From Catajapyx aquilonaris (lineage: Eukaryota): a stretch of DNA of 37,416 nt. Within the stretch, counting starts at the first letter, position 1. The number at the start of each line of letters is the position of its first letter. Positions 36,530-37,416 of this stretch are shown here, in pieces. A program made the translations under genes and the position numbers. The stretch covers positions 1-37,416 of the forward strand of contig KZ538988.1 in the NCBI GenBank assembly GCA_000934665.2. Reading direction: 5' to 3'. The notes beneath the pieces were generated by a model. That model searched no databases, was not told the origin of the DNA, and saw only the letters and a program-made list of their open reading frames with translations.

Positions 36530-36697
36530 ATGGGAGTGCTTGCTTCAAGTGCCGGACTGGCCGCCTGTCTTCCACTTTTAATTGCAGGCGTTGTTAATGG
36601 AGGCTTTTATTCTCGTACGAGAGTGGATTATGCCATTGGAAAAAAAGAAAACTTTACATTTCTATGGAATGGGAGCAATACAGGAGAACCTGTTTTT
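36530..36697 (+). CDS. Probable first coding exon of a secreted/membrane glycoprotein (unidentified)
   Basis: MGVLASSAGLAACLPLLIAGVVNG is signal-peptide-like; sequons NFT and NGS; donor TTT|gtaagg in phase 0; CpG-rich upstream region. Confidence 0.5.
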
Positions 36698-37117
36698 GTA
36701 AGGGGCTCTTTAGCTGCAGGATAACCAGAAATGACGATGCTATAGGACCTATGGAAACTATAGGGTTGGGTGCTTTTACTCTAGAGAGCCGGAAATATGA
36801 ATCTTGCTTATTCATGACGTAGCACATTAGCTGAAATTGTGGGAAGGAGGTTTCTACGGGAGGGCACTTCTGGGTAGTTTTTGAGTCAATACGGATCATA
36901 TGCCATATGATATACCTTTTCTTTTGACCCTGGGGAGAGAAAGGAGTGCAAGTCTGTCAGGACACGCCTGTATAGAAAAGCGGAAAAAGACCCGGCCTAG
37001 CAAAAGTGACAGGGACGGGATTTGCATCTCGGATAGATCTCTCGCTTGGCTGGCCATTGGCATCAACCACTATAGACCACCTTGTCCCCACTGTATTATT
37101 TTATACTGTAGAGTGCA

Positions 37118-37200
37118 AGGGGTTATTCACTTACATTTTTACGGACTACCTTCGGACTACCCACGAAGGTGTACACGGACTACCCAGTGAATAACCCCTT
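37118..37200. mobile_element. Mini inverted-repeat element with internal CGGACTAC repeats
   Basis: AAGGGGTTATTCACT ... AGTGAATAACCCCTT; three copies of CGGACTAC. Confidence 0.55.
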
Positions 37201-37416
37201 GGTAGGTGTGTTCCAAGTATTGGTGGCCCTTTTAGTTATCATACCGCCTAAAGTTGTTATTTTGCATAGCTTTTTGGACACCTCGATTGGGACGCATAAA
37301 GGTACTGGAGGCGTATACTCATCCAGGTCACTCGCAATCGACAAAGTCGATTGACGTCAAAATGACGTCGCCAATGATAAACCAGGGCAGGGCAAGGAGA
37401 ATTGGCGACGGAATTT

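Overview
Eukaryotic, repeat-rich genomic DNA, probably from an arthropod (inferred from TTAGG-type repeats and a Mink-like NuSAP C-terminus), with an assembly gap at 8731-8886. The one firmly identifiable host gene is a multi-exon NUSAP1/Mink-like spindle protein on the minus strand (CDS 20976 to 13184). It has a non-coding first exon and a compact CCAAT + MYB + CHR mitotic promoter at about 21730-21780. Bases 1-12640 are a transposon graveyard: TTAGG-containing repeat units, a three-copy local repeat, a PIF1-type Helitron/Helentron helicase fragment, a dead R1-clade non-LTR element, tRNA-derived SINEs and nested MITEs. The NUSAP introns carry many palindromic MITEs (PIF/Harbinger, piggyBac, hAT, Tc1/mariner types). 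An unrecognised spliced plus-strand gene may lie at about 24030-28520, and the first coding exon of a probable secretory/membrane protein, preceded by uORFs, is at 36530-36697. I found no convincing wholly new biological system; the leads below are modest. All coordinates were read by eye.
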